Numbered from the stretch's first letter, positions 8,176 to 16,611 are shown. The stretch is DNA of 32,538 nt from a virus (IMGVR_UViG_3300006879_000012:1-32538); one strand, 5' to 3'. Program-made: numbers and translations. The notes: generated from the letters alone by a model not told the origin.

Positions 8176-8624
8176 TGATGGCCTACGGCCTGTTCGTGTT
8201 CCGCCTCGAGACCGCGCCCTACCAGAGCCTGCAGCGGCAGATGCAATGGCGCCACCCGGCCCAGGGGCGCGTTGGCCTGCGCCCGGCGCGCCAATACCTC
8301 GGCCCGGGCGACGACCAGATCACGCTCGCCGGCACGCTGTTGCCGCAGCTCACCGGCGGCCAGCTCAGCATCGAAGCCCTGCGCGCGCTCGGCGATGGCG
8401 GCCGCGCCTGGCCACTCATCGAAGGCACCGGCTACAACTACGGCGCCTACGTCGTCACCGGGCTCAGCGAAGACAAGAGCACGTTTTTCCACGACGGCGC
8501 CGCCAGCCGCATCGACTTCGAGCTGACGCTCGTGCGCGTAGATGGCGACACCAGCGCCGTGCTCGGCACGCTCACCCCGGCCGATGTCGCCAACCTCGTC
8601 ACCCGCTCCGGGCTGGCGTTCTAA
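8172..8624 (+). CDS. U: Tail protein gpU (150 aa)
   Basis: MMMAYGLFVF, WRHP...RVG.RPARQYLGPG, WPLIEGTG, IDFELTL.RVD. Confidence 0.95.
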   Translation: MMMAYGLFVFRLETAPYQSLQRQMQWRHPAQGRVGLRPARQYLGPGDDQITLAGTLLPQLTGGQLSIEALRALGDGGRAWPLIEGTGYNYGAYVVTGLSEDKSTFFHDGAASRIDFELTLVRVDGDTSAVLGTLTPADVANLVTRSGLAF

Positions 8625-9628
8625 TGCCCACGCTCACCGCCCGCCACCACGCCCAGGCGCCCGACTACCGCATCAGCATCGCCGGCCAGGCGATCACGCC
8701 GCGGCTGCGCCCACGCCTGCAGACGCTCGCCATTCGCCAGGCACGCGGCGAGGAGGCCGACGAGCTCACCCTCACGCTCGAGGATGCCGACACCCGCCTG
8801 CAACTGCCGCGCACCGGCGTCACTGTGCAAGTCGAGCTCGGCTGGCAGGGCCAGGGTGTGGCCACCATCGGCGAGTTCATTGTCGACGAGGTCGAGCACA
8901 GCGGCGCCCCGGACCAGGTCCACATCCGCGGGCGCAGCGCCGACCTGCGCGCCGCCCTGCCCGTGCCGCGCACGCACAGCTACGACAACACCACGCTCGG
9001 CGCCATCATCGAAACCATTGCCGGGCGCCACCAGCTCACGCCGACCATCGCGCCCAGCCTCGGCGCGCGCGCCATCGCCCACATCGACCAAACCGACGAA
9101 TCCGACGCCAACTTCCTCACCCGCCTTGGCGAACGCTACGACGCCATCGCCACCATCAAGCAGGCGCACCTGCTGTTTCTGCCCGCCGGACAGGCGCAAA
9201 CCGCCAGCGGCCAGGCCATGCCGCAACTCGCCATCAGCCGCGCCAGCGGCGACTCGCACCGCTACCGCACGACCGACCGCGAGCGCTACACCGGCGTCAT
9301 TGCCTACTACCGCGACACCGCCGCCGCCGAGCGCCAGCGAGTCACCGCCGGCAACACCGAAACCCGCCCCAAAACCCTGCGCGACACCTACCCCACGCAA
9401 GCCGAAGCCCAGGACGCCGCCAACAGCGCCTGGCGCAGCCTGCAGCGCAGCAGCCGCGCGCTGGAGCTCGCCCTCGCCCGCGGGCGGCCCACGCTGGCGC
9501 CGGAAACCCGCATCACGGTGCACGGCTTCAAAGCCGAGATCGACGCCATCGACTGGCTTGCCGTCGAAGTCGAGCACCGCCTCGGCCCCGACGGCTACAC
9601 CAACACGCTCAAGCTCGAGCAGAAATAA
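8624..9628 (+). CDS. D: Baseplate hub / late control protein gpD (334 aa)
   Basis: RGEEADEL.LTL.D, F.VDEVEHSGAPD, HIDQTDESDANFLTRL; TAATG coupling to U. Confidence 0.95.
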   Translation: MPTLTARHHAQAPDYRISIAGQAITPRLRPRLQTLAIRQARGEEADELTLTLEDADTRLQLPRTGVTVQVELGWQGQGVATIGEFIVDEVEHSGAPDQVHIRGRSADLRAALPVPRTHSYDNTTLGAIIETIAGRHQLTPTIAPSLGARAIAHIDQTDESDANFLTRLGERYDAIATIKQAHLLFLPAGQAQTASGQAMPQLAISRASGDSHRYRTTDRERYTGVIAYYRDTAAAERQRVTAGNTETRPKTLRDTYPTQAEAQDAANSAWRSLQRSSRALELALARGRPTLAPETRITVHGFKAEIDAIDWLAVEVEHRLGPDGYTNTLKLEQK

Positions 9629-9779
9629 CCCGCCCGGCCCAGCAGCGCCACGGCGCCCGCCAGCGCGCCGCAGCCGCGCCGCCCGGCTCACCCCACAGGC
9701 CAGGGGCGCGATCGCCCAGCACGCAGCCACACAGCGCGCCGCTTTGTTCCGCGTTTACGGAATTATTTCGCAAACCCCG

Positions 9780-9820
9780 TTGCATTCCGGTTTTTGTTCC
9801 TTATACTAGGAACTGCGGAA
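9780..9820 (+). promoter_or_regulatory. Sigma70-like moron promoter with overlapping inverted repeat (operator)
   Basis: TTGCAT(9780-85)-N16-TATACT(9802-07). The -10 is flanked by GTTCCT/AGGAAC, with outer TTCCG/CGGAA. Confidence 0.65.
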
Positions 9821-9863
9821 GGGCACAGGCCCGCCGCCTATCCGACTCACAAGGAGCGATTAA

Positions 9864-10184
9864 ATGACATACACAGCCCTCGGCATGCGCTTTGCCAGCC
9901 GCGCAGCCGCCATCCGCACGCTAACCGACGACCTTTTGTCGCTCGGCGGGCGCGATCCGGCCCAGGCCAGCAAGGAAGAACGCGTCTACGCGCGCATGCT
10001 CGCCCACATAGCGTTAGCTAATGACGAACACCGACAAAAAAAAAGCCCACCTGCGCCAGGCCGGCGAAGCCCTGTACGGCCAGCACTGGCAAGCCCCGCT
10101 CGCGGCCGATCTCGGCATCAGCGCGCGCAGCGTGCGCTACTGGCTCACGGGCGAACGCAACATCCCCCAAGGCGTGTGGCATGA
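9864..10184 (+). CDS. Hypothetical protein (only the N-terminal ~55 codons look credible)
   Basis: Strong RBS AAGGAG at 9851; the 3' half overlaps the HTH gene in another frame. Confidence 0.4.
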   Translation: MTYTALGMRFASRAAAIRTLTDDLLSLGGRDPAQASKEERVYARMLAHIALANDEHRQKKSPPAPGRRSPVRPALASPARGRSRHQRAQRALLAHGRTQHPPRRVA

Positions 10185-10272
10185 ACTGGCCACACTACTC
10201 AAGCAGCGCGGCCAGCACGCTCTGGCCCTGGCTGCAGAAATAGAATCTCAACTGGGAGCAACCGATGCTTAA
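10021..10272 (+). CDS. Small XRE-like HTH transcriptional regulator (83 aa)
   Basis: GEALYG..WQAPLAADLGISARSVRYWLTGERNIP is a helix-turn-helix pattern. Confidence 0.8.
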   Translation: MTNTDKKKAHLRQAGEALYGQHWQAPLAADLGISARSVRYWLTGERNIPQGVWHELATLLKQRGQHALALAAEIESQLGATDA

Positions 10273-10576
10273 CAAAACCATAGCCAAACTCTGCCTGGGC
10301 GCCGTTGCGGCCAGCTGCGTCACGGCCGCCCCGGCGCAGTCGGCGCAAGAACTGCTGCAGGCAGCCATCACCAAGCAAGGGCGCAGCTGCCCGCAGGTCA
10401 CGGCCATGCGAGGCTTTGCCACCACCGAAGACGGCACCCCGCTGCTTGCCGCCGCCTGCAGCAATGGCGATCGACACGTCGTCAAGCTGCTGCCCGGCGA
10501 ACGGCTGGAGTATATGTTCACGTGCGACGCCATAGAAGCGCGGGCGGACGTGAAGTGTTTTCCGTCTGGGCGGTAA
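10265..10576 (+). CDS. Small exported protein with signal peptide and 4 Cys in the mature part
   Basis: RBS GGGAG; N-terminal basic/hydrophobic segment ending in A-x-A-like sites; its stop lies inside the attC core. Confidence 0.7.
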   Translation: MLNKTIAKLCLGAVAASCVTAAPAQSAQELLQAAITKQGRSCPQVTAMRGFATTEDGTPLLAAACSNGDRHVVKLLPGERLEYMFTCDAIEARADVKCFPSGR

Positions 10577-10628
10577 TGCCGGAGTTCAGCGGTGAGCGTA
10601 GCGGATCCGCTGCAAAGACTTGTTAAAC
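10571..10628 (-). repeat. Integron attC site (58 bp), R' degenerate
   Basis: Minus strand: R'' GTTTAAC, 5 nt, L'' TTTGCAGC, 18-nt core, L' GCTGAAC, 6 nt TCCGGC, R' ATTACCG. Confidence 0.82.
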
Positions 10629-10647
10629 GACGACAGAAGGTAACGGC

Positions 10648-10872
10648 ATGAAGGAGTTAATCGAGAACATACGGGATGCGGCCAAGGATGCGCTTGCCGC
10701 AGAACGGAAATTGGATCGTTTGCATGACGGCCAGATCCGACGGATGCATGACGGCAGCATGACGCGAGCCCAAACGACGACGTACAACGCGCGGGCTTCT
10801 GAGGCAGCGACGCAACTGTCAGCAGCAGAGCGGGAACTAAAGGCGGCATGCAGGAAATACCTGCATGAGTGA
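10648..10872 (+). CDS. Hypothetical helical protein (74 aa), between two attC sites
   Basis: RBS-like GAAGG; amphipathic helical composition; internal LHDG/MHDG repeat; lower GC than the backbone. Confidence 0.7.
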   Translation: MKELIENIRDAAKDALAAERKLDRLHDGQIRRMHDGSMTRAQTTTYNARASEAATQLSAAERELKAACRKYLHE

Positions 10873-10879
10873 TGTTGCC

Positions 10880-10934
10880 GCCCAGCGCCTAAGCTGAGTT
10901 GCGCGCAAGCGTCAACTCCAGCGCACTGTTGGAC
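10880..10934 (-). repeat. Integron attC site (55 bp), R' degenerate
   Basis: Minus strand: R'' GTCCAAC, 5 nt, L'' GCTGGAGT (extra G), 15-nt core, L' ACTCAGC, 6 nt TTAGGC, R' GCTGGGC. Confidence 0.85.
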
Positions 10935-10950
10935 GACCACGGAGAATGAC

Positions 10951-11139
10951 ATGAATGATATTCAATTGAGGTGCCCAAAATGCGGGTTCTCGAAGATAGT
11001 CGACCCCGATGATACCGACCCACCGCATACAGCCGTTGTGGAGCTGCTTTGTCTGAATTGCGAGACAGGAACTTTTGCGGCGCCCCGGTATTTCGACATT
11101 GATGGAAATGAACTTAAACCGGTGTCGCTCAACATCTAA
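10951..11139 (+). CDS. Small zinc-ribbon protein (62 aa)
   Basis: CPKC...CLNC; RBS GGAG; stop inside ATCTAAT (minus-strand A|TTAGAT cassette core). Confidence 0.7.
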   Translation: MNDIQLRCPKCGFSKIVDPDDTDPPHTAVVELLCLNCETGTFAAPRYFDIDGNELKPVSLNI

Positions 11140-11160
11140 TATACGGCAACGGGCGGGCCG

Positions 11161-11847
11161 TCACCCGCCCATCAGGGCCAGCACAATAAGCACGGTCCAG
11201 CCGGCCAGAAAACCCCAACAGAAACTCGGCCAGTGCCAGCGGCGCTGGCCGCTTTGTTTGCGCCGCTTGCCGGATGCCGCGCGCAGGCGCTGCAACTCGG
11301 CCTCATTATGCGCGCCGGTGCGGGCCGCGATCTCTGCCTGGCGCGCCGGGCGCGGCGGCTTGCGCGTCGGCGGTGCCTGCTCGGGCTGTGGCGCGGGCGC
11401 GGCGGCCATGGCCTCGTCCGGCAACTCGCCCAGCTCCAGCAGCGTGACGAACTGCTCCGCATCCAGCACCGTCACTCCGCATTCCTGCGCCTGCGCCACC
11501 TTGCGCGCGCCCGCATTTGCGCCCGTGCACAGGAAATCCAGCGTATCCGACACCGTCCTGCGCACGCGCATGCCCTCGGCCATGGCGCAGTCTTCCAGAC
11601 GGTCGCGCTCGGCCTGTGCAAAGCCGGTGAACAGCACACTCAAATCGCCGCTGCGCCGCGCCGTGCGCAACAGCTCATCGCCGCCCTCAAGCCATTCGAG
11701 CACGCGATCCTTGCGAAAGGTGCGCACCATGCCATGGGCTTCGGAATAGCCGGAAAAGTGCGTGCCTTCGTCGCCGTAGTTGGTCAACGCCTGCTCCTTG
11801 ATCTCGCCGGCGCTGTTCTGATAGATGAAGCGGATTGGTTGTGCCAT
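11161..11847 (-). CDS. WYL-like + BRCT + C-terminal transmembrane protein (228 aa)
   Basis: F.Y.N..GE...RTFRKDRV (WYL-like); VLFTGF...TVSDTLDFLCTGANAGARKVAQA...GV.VL....F (BRCT); hydrophobic C-terminus; RBS GAGGGG. Confidence 0.8.
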   Translation of the reverse strand: MAQPIRFIYQNSAGEIKEQALTNYGDEGTHFSGYSEAHGMVRTFRKDRVLEWLEGGDELLRTARRSGDLSVLFTGFAQAERDRLEDCAMAEGMRVRRTVSDTLDFLCTGANAGARKVAQAQECGVTVLDAEQFVTLLELGELPDEAMAAAPAPQPEQAPPTRKPPRPARQAEIAARTGAHNEAELQRLRAASGKRRKQSGQRRWHWPSFCWGFLAGWTVLIVLALMGG

Positions 11848-11883
11848 GTTCCCCTCGTTGTTCGTGCATGAATGCGCCCGTCA

Positions 11884-12150
11884 TCAGGCCTCGGCCACCC
11901 GCCGGCACAGCTCGCGCAGCAGCTCCTCGTCCAGGCCGGGCAGGCGCTCGAGCAGGTAGCGTTGCTGTTCGCTGAGCTCGCTCGCGCATTGCCCGGCGAG
12001 CACTACGTTGCCATCGCCCACCACGTTGTTGTTGCCCAGAATGACAATGCCCGGCGGGCGCTCGCCCCCGTTGTTGTCGTCGCTGTTGAGAATTGCATCT
12101 TTAACCACGTTTCGTACCTTTTCGCTGATCCCTTCCAACGTCTCCCCCAT
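11884..12150 (-). CDS. Hypothetical protein (88 aa) in repressor operon
   Basis: Fills the gap between repressor and BRCT gene; GNNNVVGDGNVV segment followed by a helical tail. Confidence 0.55.
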   Translation of the reverse strand: MGETLEGISEKVRNVVKDAILNSDDNNGGERPPGIVILGNNNVVGDGNVVLAGQCASELSEQQRYLLERLPGLDEELLRELCRRVAEA

Positions 12151-12160
12151 AAATGGCGTG

Positions 12161-12658
12161 TCAGGACGCGCTGCGCACCAGGCGAATGATGTTGTCGCGG
12201 CTGGGCGGCGTTTGCGCGTCGGCATAAATTTCCACCAGCGTCACGACGAGATGCGCCTTGTTGTCGGGCGTCATGACACGTCCGGTTTCCGCTAGTGCCG
12301 ATTCAATCCCGGCGATGATCGCGGCCAATATATCGGAATCCACCGTGATCTTGGCGGCCGGTAGCGCGGCGGGTTCGGGCCGGCTTTCGCCTGCTTCCTT
12401 TGTGACCCGTTGCGGCTTTTTCGCGCTCGCCGCCGTACCCGATCCAAACATGAGCCAATCCAGGCTTTTTCCAGTCTTGCGGGCCACGATCGCGGCCGCT
12501 TCATACGGCACGCTGCCGCGCGTAATCGCATTCTGAATGGCGTTTGAGCTGTAGCCGACATAGTGCGACATGTCTTTTACGCTGCGCAGACCACACGCTG
12601 TTTTCATCCGTGCAACAACGGCTTTTGGCTCAATTTGGGTTTTTTTGTTGTCCGCCAT
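12161..12658 (-). CDS. CI-like immunity repressor (phage 186 CI-type N-terminal HTH), 165 aa
   Basis: V.RMK.ACG...RGSVPY...TGKSLDWLMFG; divergent from the early operon. Confidence 0.85.
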   Translation of the reverse strand: MADNKKTQIEPKAVVARMKTACGLRSVKDMSHYVGYSSNAIQNAITRGSVPYEAAAIVARKTGKSLDWLMFGSGTAASAKKPQRVTKEAGESRPEPAALPAAKITVDSDILAAIIAGIESALAETGRVMTPDNKAHLVVTLVEIYADAQTPPSRDNIIRLVRSAS

Positions 12659-12669
12659 GAAATAAATAT

Positions 12670-12778
12670 CTCGTATAGGGCTTGCATAAAGACCCGATAC
12701 GGGTTTATGCTCGGCCCTGTCGTTAGTTGTTATTGACAGTCTACACATGAAACACCCCGAACACGTAGCCGTATCGCG
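12670..12778. promoter_or_regulatory. Lysis-lysogeny switch: early promoter and operator-like repeats
   Basis: TTGCAT(12682)-N18-TATGCT(12706). Related 11-mers CCCTATACGAG (-,12670), CCCGATACGGG (+,12693) and CGCGATACGGC (-,12768). Confidence 0.6.
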
Positions 12779-12947
12779 CGCACCCAATGGTTGCAGCGCA
12801 TCCGTACAGGCTCAGGTCACGCCCGAGGAACGGGCGCAGATCCGAGCCCTGGCGTTCGCCGAATCCCGCAGCATGGGCGCCACGGCGCGCTTGCTCATCA
12901 TCGAAGCGTTGCGCGCCCGTGCAAACGGCTCGTGCAGCGCGAATTAA
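12747..12947 (+). CDS. Ribbon-helix-helix DNA-binding protein (Cro/Cox position)
   Basis: VQAQVTPEERAQIRALA..ESRSM...ARLLIIEAL; first gene of the early operon. Confidence 0.75.
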   Translation: MKHPEHVAVSRAPNGCSASVQAQVTPEERAQIRALAFAESRSMGATARLLIIEALRARANGSCSAN

Positions 12948-12959
12948 GGAGTAGTACCC

Positions 12960-13190
12960 ATGTACGCCGACCCGAACCGCGTGCGCGAGCCCTATGCCCG
13001 CCTGCGCCTGGACCGTTACGAAGCCAAGCTCATCGACTCGCTGGTCGAGTACACCGGGCTGTCGCGCGCCGAGCTGGTGCGCCAGCTGGTGCTCAACGAA
13101 GCCATGGATGTGTTGGGGCTGCAAACGTCTCATGCCTGCACCATGCCTTGCTCGACGCGCGAAAGCGCGGGCCAGGACAGTGCCGGTTGA
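12960..13190 (+). CDS. RHH-like phage regulator (MYADP family)
   Basis: RBS AAGGAG; LRLDRYEAKLIDSLVEYTG..RAELVRQL. Confidence 0.75.
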   Translation: MYADPNRVREPYARLRLDRYEAKLIDSLVEYTGLSRAELVRQLVLNEAMDVLGLQTSHACTMPCSTRESAGQDSAG

Positions 13191-13197
13191 GGCCCTC

Positions 13198-13395
13198 ATG
13201 ACGGACGAACTGCACCTGCCGCTCGACCCCGCCCTGGCCGCCCAGCTTGACCTGATCTGCCAGCAATTCCACCTGGAAACACGCGAGGAGGCCGCCGAGC
13301 TGCTGCTCAAGCGCCGCCTCGGGCGCGCTGCGCGGCGCATCAGCCAACGCGGGCGGGCGCTGTACCTCATCCGCGACAAAAAGGGGAAAGCATGA
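13198..13395 (+). CDS. Small RHH-like hypothetical protein
   Basis: RBS-like GAGG; LHLPLD....QLD.I......TREEAAELLL; ATGA coupling to ogr. Confidence 0.6.
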   Translation: MTDELHLPLDPALAAQLDLICQQFHLETREEAAELLLKRRLGRAARRISQRGRALYLIRDKKGKA

Positions 13396-13733
13396 GCAAG
13401 CCATCGCTGGCGCACCAGGGCGCCGAGGCCGCCAGCCGCGCGCGCAAACGCCGCGCCATGCCGTGCCCGCACTGCGGCGAGGCGCTGCGCGTGCGCTATT
13501 CGCAAATGCAGTCGGAGACGTGCCGCCAGGGCGGCATGGAATGCACCAATGCGTGCTGCGGCTGGCGCGGCACGTTTTCCACCACGCTCGATGCCACCCA
13601 CGTGCAGTCGGCGCAGCCGCGCGCCGATGTGCGCATCCCGCTGTCGCGCGCGGCGCGCCGGCGCATGGAGCAGGCCCTGGCGCAGGACGACGCGCGCCGG
13701 GTCCGCGTCGAGTCCAACGAACCGAGGAGATGA
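13392..13733 (+). CDS. ogr: Ogr/Delta-like zinc-finger late-gene activator
   Basis: CPHCG...R.S...S...CTN..CG..F; SA.P...V.IPLS tail. Confidence 0.88.
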   Translation: MSKPSLAHQGAEAASRARKRRAMPCPHCGEALRVRYSQMQSETCRQGGMECTNACCGWRGTFSTTLDATHVQSAQPRADVRIPLSRAARRRMEQALAQDDARRVRVESNEPRR

Positions 13734-13735
13734 CC

Positions 13736-13942
13736 ATGATCGATCTGCAAGAGCTGCAGGCGCACGGCTGGCGCCGCCAGAACCGCCGCGCCGCCTGGCG
13801 CGAACTGCGCCAGGGGCTCGCCGCTGGCCTGCGCCGGCGGCGCCCATTCCTGCGTGCGTGCCTGCACGCGCTGGCCACGCTGGCCACGTTGGCGCTGTGG
13901 TGCGCCTTTGTCTTTGTACTGCTGTATCTGGCCACGGCGTGA
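13736..13942 (+). CDS. Small membrane protein
   Basis: RBS GAGGAG; basic N-terminus and C-terminal TM (LATLALWCAFVFVLLYLA); GTGA coupling to primase. Confidence 0.6.
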   Translation: MIDLQELQAHGWRRQNRRAAWRELRQGLAAGLRRRRPFLRACLHALATLATLALWCAFVFVLLYLATA

Positions 13943-16611
13943 ACCCGCAGCTGCGTGCCGACATCCTCGCCCGACTCACCGGGCCGGACTACCAGGGCGT
14001 GGTCAAGGGCCAGTACGTGCAGCGCATCGCCTGCCCGGACTGCCACAAGCGCGAGGCCTACACCCGCACCGAGAACCCGTGGATGATCTACTGCGGGCGC
14101 ATGGACAAATGCGGCGCTGCCATCCATGTGAAGGACCAGTTCGCGGAATACTTCGACGACTGGTCGGCGCGCTATGCTCCGGTCAACGGTGCCGAGCCAG
14201 CGCCCAATGCCGTGGCCGACGGCTATTTGCGCGACGGCCGCGGCTTCGATTTGCGCCACTGCCGCGGGCACTATACCCAAGAGTACCACCACGACCAGCG
14301 CCTCGACATCGGCAGCCCGACGGTGCGCTTCACTCTGCCCGGCGGCGCCACCTGGGAGCGCATCATCGATGCGCCGTGGCGTTTCGGCAAGAAAAAGGCT
14401 GTGTTCCGCGGCGACTACAAGGGCGATGGCTGGCAGCTGGCCAGCGATGCCGAGCTGGTCGCGGCCGGCGAAGTGTGGCTGGTCGAGGGCATTTTTGATT
14501 GCATCGCGCTCGCGCACCACGGCATCGGGGGCGTATCGGCCATGTCGTGCGTCAACTTCCCGGCGCTGGTGCTGGAGCGTCTCAAGAGCGCGGCGCATGC
14601 GGCCCAGGCCGAGCGCCCCACGCTGGTGTGGGCGCTGGATGCCAACCGCGCCGGGCGCGACTGGGCGAAGAAGCACGCACGCCGCGCCGAGGAGCTGGGC
14701 TGGACGTGTCGCGCGGCGCAGCCGCCCCATGGCCTTGACTGGAACGACCTGCACCAGCGCGGCGAGCTCGGCGAAGATGCGCGCAAGATCTACCGCTATT
14801 ACGGCGATCTGCTCATGGCGCCCTCGCCGGCGGCCAAGGCGCGGCTGATGCACGAGCGCAGCGAACGGCGCGCCTTTCTGTTCGGCTACGACAATCGCAT
14901 GTACTGGTTCGAGCTCGACCAGGCGGCCATGGAAAAGGCCGTCAAGGCGATCACCGGCGAGGCCGGGATGGATGCACAAGTGCTGTCGTCGGCCGAGCGG
15001 CGCGCCGCCATCGAGCAGGCGGCCAAAGTGGTGCAGGTGTGCAGCGCCTACCCCACGGCGCTGTATTACCAGGCCAACGAGATCACCGACGAGAGCTGGT
15101 ATTACTTTCGCGTCGACTCGCCGGGCGGTGCCAGCGTGCAGAACACGTTTTCCGGCGGCCAGCTGTCGGCCAATGCCGAGTTCAAGAAGCGCCTGCTGTC
15201 GATCGCCGCCGGCGCGGTCTGGACCGGCACCGCGCAGCAGCTGGATCGCCTGCTGCAGGAGCAGTTGGCGCGCATCAAAACAGTCGAGACCATCGATTAC
15301 GTCGGCTACACCAAGGAACACGGCGCCTGGCTGCTGGGCGAGGTGGCCGTCGCGCGCGGGCGCCTGCTGCGCCAGACCAAGGAAGACTATTTCAACCTGG
15401 GGCGGCTGCGCCTGAAATCGCTCGCGCGCACGCCGGCGCTCGACATCAACCCGCGCCTGGATCAATTCCAGACCGACTGGCTCGCGCACCTGATCGGCGC
15501 CTGGGGCGCCGATGGCATTGTCACGCTCGCGTTTTGGCTCGGCAGCCTGTTTGCCGAGCAGATCCGCGCCGAGTTCGAGAGCTACCCGTTCCTGGAACTG
15601 GTTGGCGAGCCGGGCACCGGCAAATCCACCTTGCTGGAGTTCCTGTGGAAGCTGTGCGGGCGCATGGACTACGAGGGCTTCGACGCGAACAAGTCGACCA
15701 TGGCCGGGCGCGCGCGCAACTTCGCCCAGGTCGCCAACCTGCCGGTGGTGTTGATCGAGTCCGACCGCGAGAGCGAGGGCGGCGCCAAGCAGCGCCAGTT
15801 CGACTGGGACGAGCTCAAGTCCATGTTCAACGGCCGTGCCGTGCGCTCGCGCGGCGTGCGTACCGCCGGCAACGAGACCTACGAGCCGCCGTTTCGCGGC
15901 AGCATCGTCATCTCGCAGAACGCGGAAGTGCAGGCCGGCCAGGCGATCCAGTCGCGCCTGGTGCACATCAAGGTCGACAAGAGCCGTCAAAGCCGCCAGA
16001 CCAAGGAACACGCCGAAGCCATGGCGCAGTATGGCTGCGCAGACGTGTCCGGCTTCATCCTCAAGGCGGCGATGCAGGAAAAGGCTGTGCTCGGCCTGCT
16101 GCGCGAGCGCTACCAGAGCTATGCCAACTACATCATGGCGCAGGATGCCATCCGCGAGTTCCGCATCGGGCGCAATCACGCGCAAATGCTGGCGCTGGTG
16201 GATGCACTCGGCCCCGAAGGCCTGCAGCTGATCAACGAGGAGCATGTCGCCATGGCGCAAAAGCGCCTGCTGGCCATGGCCATCGAGCGCCAGCGCGCGC
16301 TCAATGCCGACCACCCCGTGATCGAGGAGTTCTGGGAGGCCTACGAGTATCTCGAATCCCTGAACGAGACCGAGCCGGTCGCCAACCACTACGGCAAGGA
16401 CCGCGCCGACGGCCAGATTGCCGTCAACCTCAAGCACTTCGAGGCGCTGTGTGCGCACAACCGCATCGAGGCGCCGCCGGCCAAGGTGCTCAAGCGCTAC
16501 CTCAAGGCCAGCCGCTCGCGCAATTTCATCCAGGCGAACCAGCCCATCTGGTCGCAGATTTCCACCCGTTCCATCCGCTGCTGGATATTCGAAGACCGGC
16601 GCGGCCAATAG
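13939..16611 (+). CDS. Bifunctional DNA primase-helicase (Zn finger + TOPRIM + P-loop), 890 aa
   Basis: CPDC...CGR..KC, WLVEGIFD, WALD, DWND, GEPGTGKS; occupies the position of the P2 A gene. Confidence 0.92.
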   Translation: MNPQLRADILARLTGPDYQGVVKGQYVQRIACPDCHKREAYTRTENPWMIYCGRMDKCGAAIHVKDQFAEYFDDWSARYAPVNGAEPAPNAVADGYLRDGRGFDLRHCRGHYTQEYHHDQRLDIGSPTVRFTLPGGATWERIIDAPWRFGKKKAVFRGDYKGDGWQLASDAELVAAGEVWLVEGIFDCIALAHHGIGGVSAMSCVNFPALVLERLKSAAHAAQAERPTLVWALDANRAGRDWAKKHARRAEELGWTCRAAQPPHGLDWNDLHQRGELGEDARKIYRYYGDLLMAPSPAAKARLMHERSERRAFLFGYDNRMYWFELDQAAMEKAVKAITGEAGMDAQVLSSAERRAAIEQAAKVVQVCSAYPTALYYQANEITDESWYYFRVDSPGGASVQNTFSGGQLSANAEFKKRLLSIAAGAVWTGTAQQLDRLLQEQLARIKTVETIDYVGYTKEHGAWLLGEVAVARGRLLRQTKEDYFNLGRLRLKSLARTPALDINPRLDQFQTDWLAHLIGAWGADGIVTLAFWLGSLFAEQIRAEFESYPFLELVGEPGTGKSTLLEFLWKLCGRMDYEGFDANKSTMAGRARNFAQVANLPVVLIESDRESEGGAKQRQFDWDELKSMFNGRAVRSRGVRTAGNETYEPPFRGSIVISQNAEVQAGQAIQSRLVHIKVDKSRQSRQTKEHAEAMAQYGCADVSGFILKAAMQEKAVLGLLRERYQSYANYIMAQDAIREFRIGRNHAQMLALVDALGPEGLQLINEEHVAMAQKRLLAMAIERQRALNADHPVIEEFWEAYEYLESLNETEPVANHYGKDRADGQIAVNLKHFEALCAHNRIEAPPAKVLKRYLKASRSRNFIQANQPIWSQISTRSIRCWIFEDRRGQ

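Noticed and set aside
10623-10952. Minus-strand ORF ending in the attC R'' box as the true cassette gene
   Set aside because: It runs through the second attC, has no RBS and has Ser/Ala-rich antisense composition; the plus-strand gene has an RBS and a protein-like sequence. Not fully excluded.
11151-11170. GGGCGGG/CCCGCCC hairpin as a third full attC or terminator
   Set aside because: No L/R box spacing and no U-tract; at most a weak convergent terminator.
12733-12738. Perfect TTGACA
   Set aside because: No -10 hexamer at 16-18 nt downstream.
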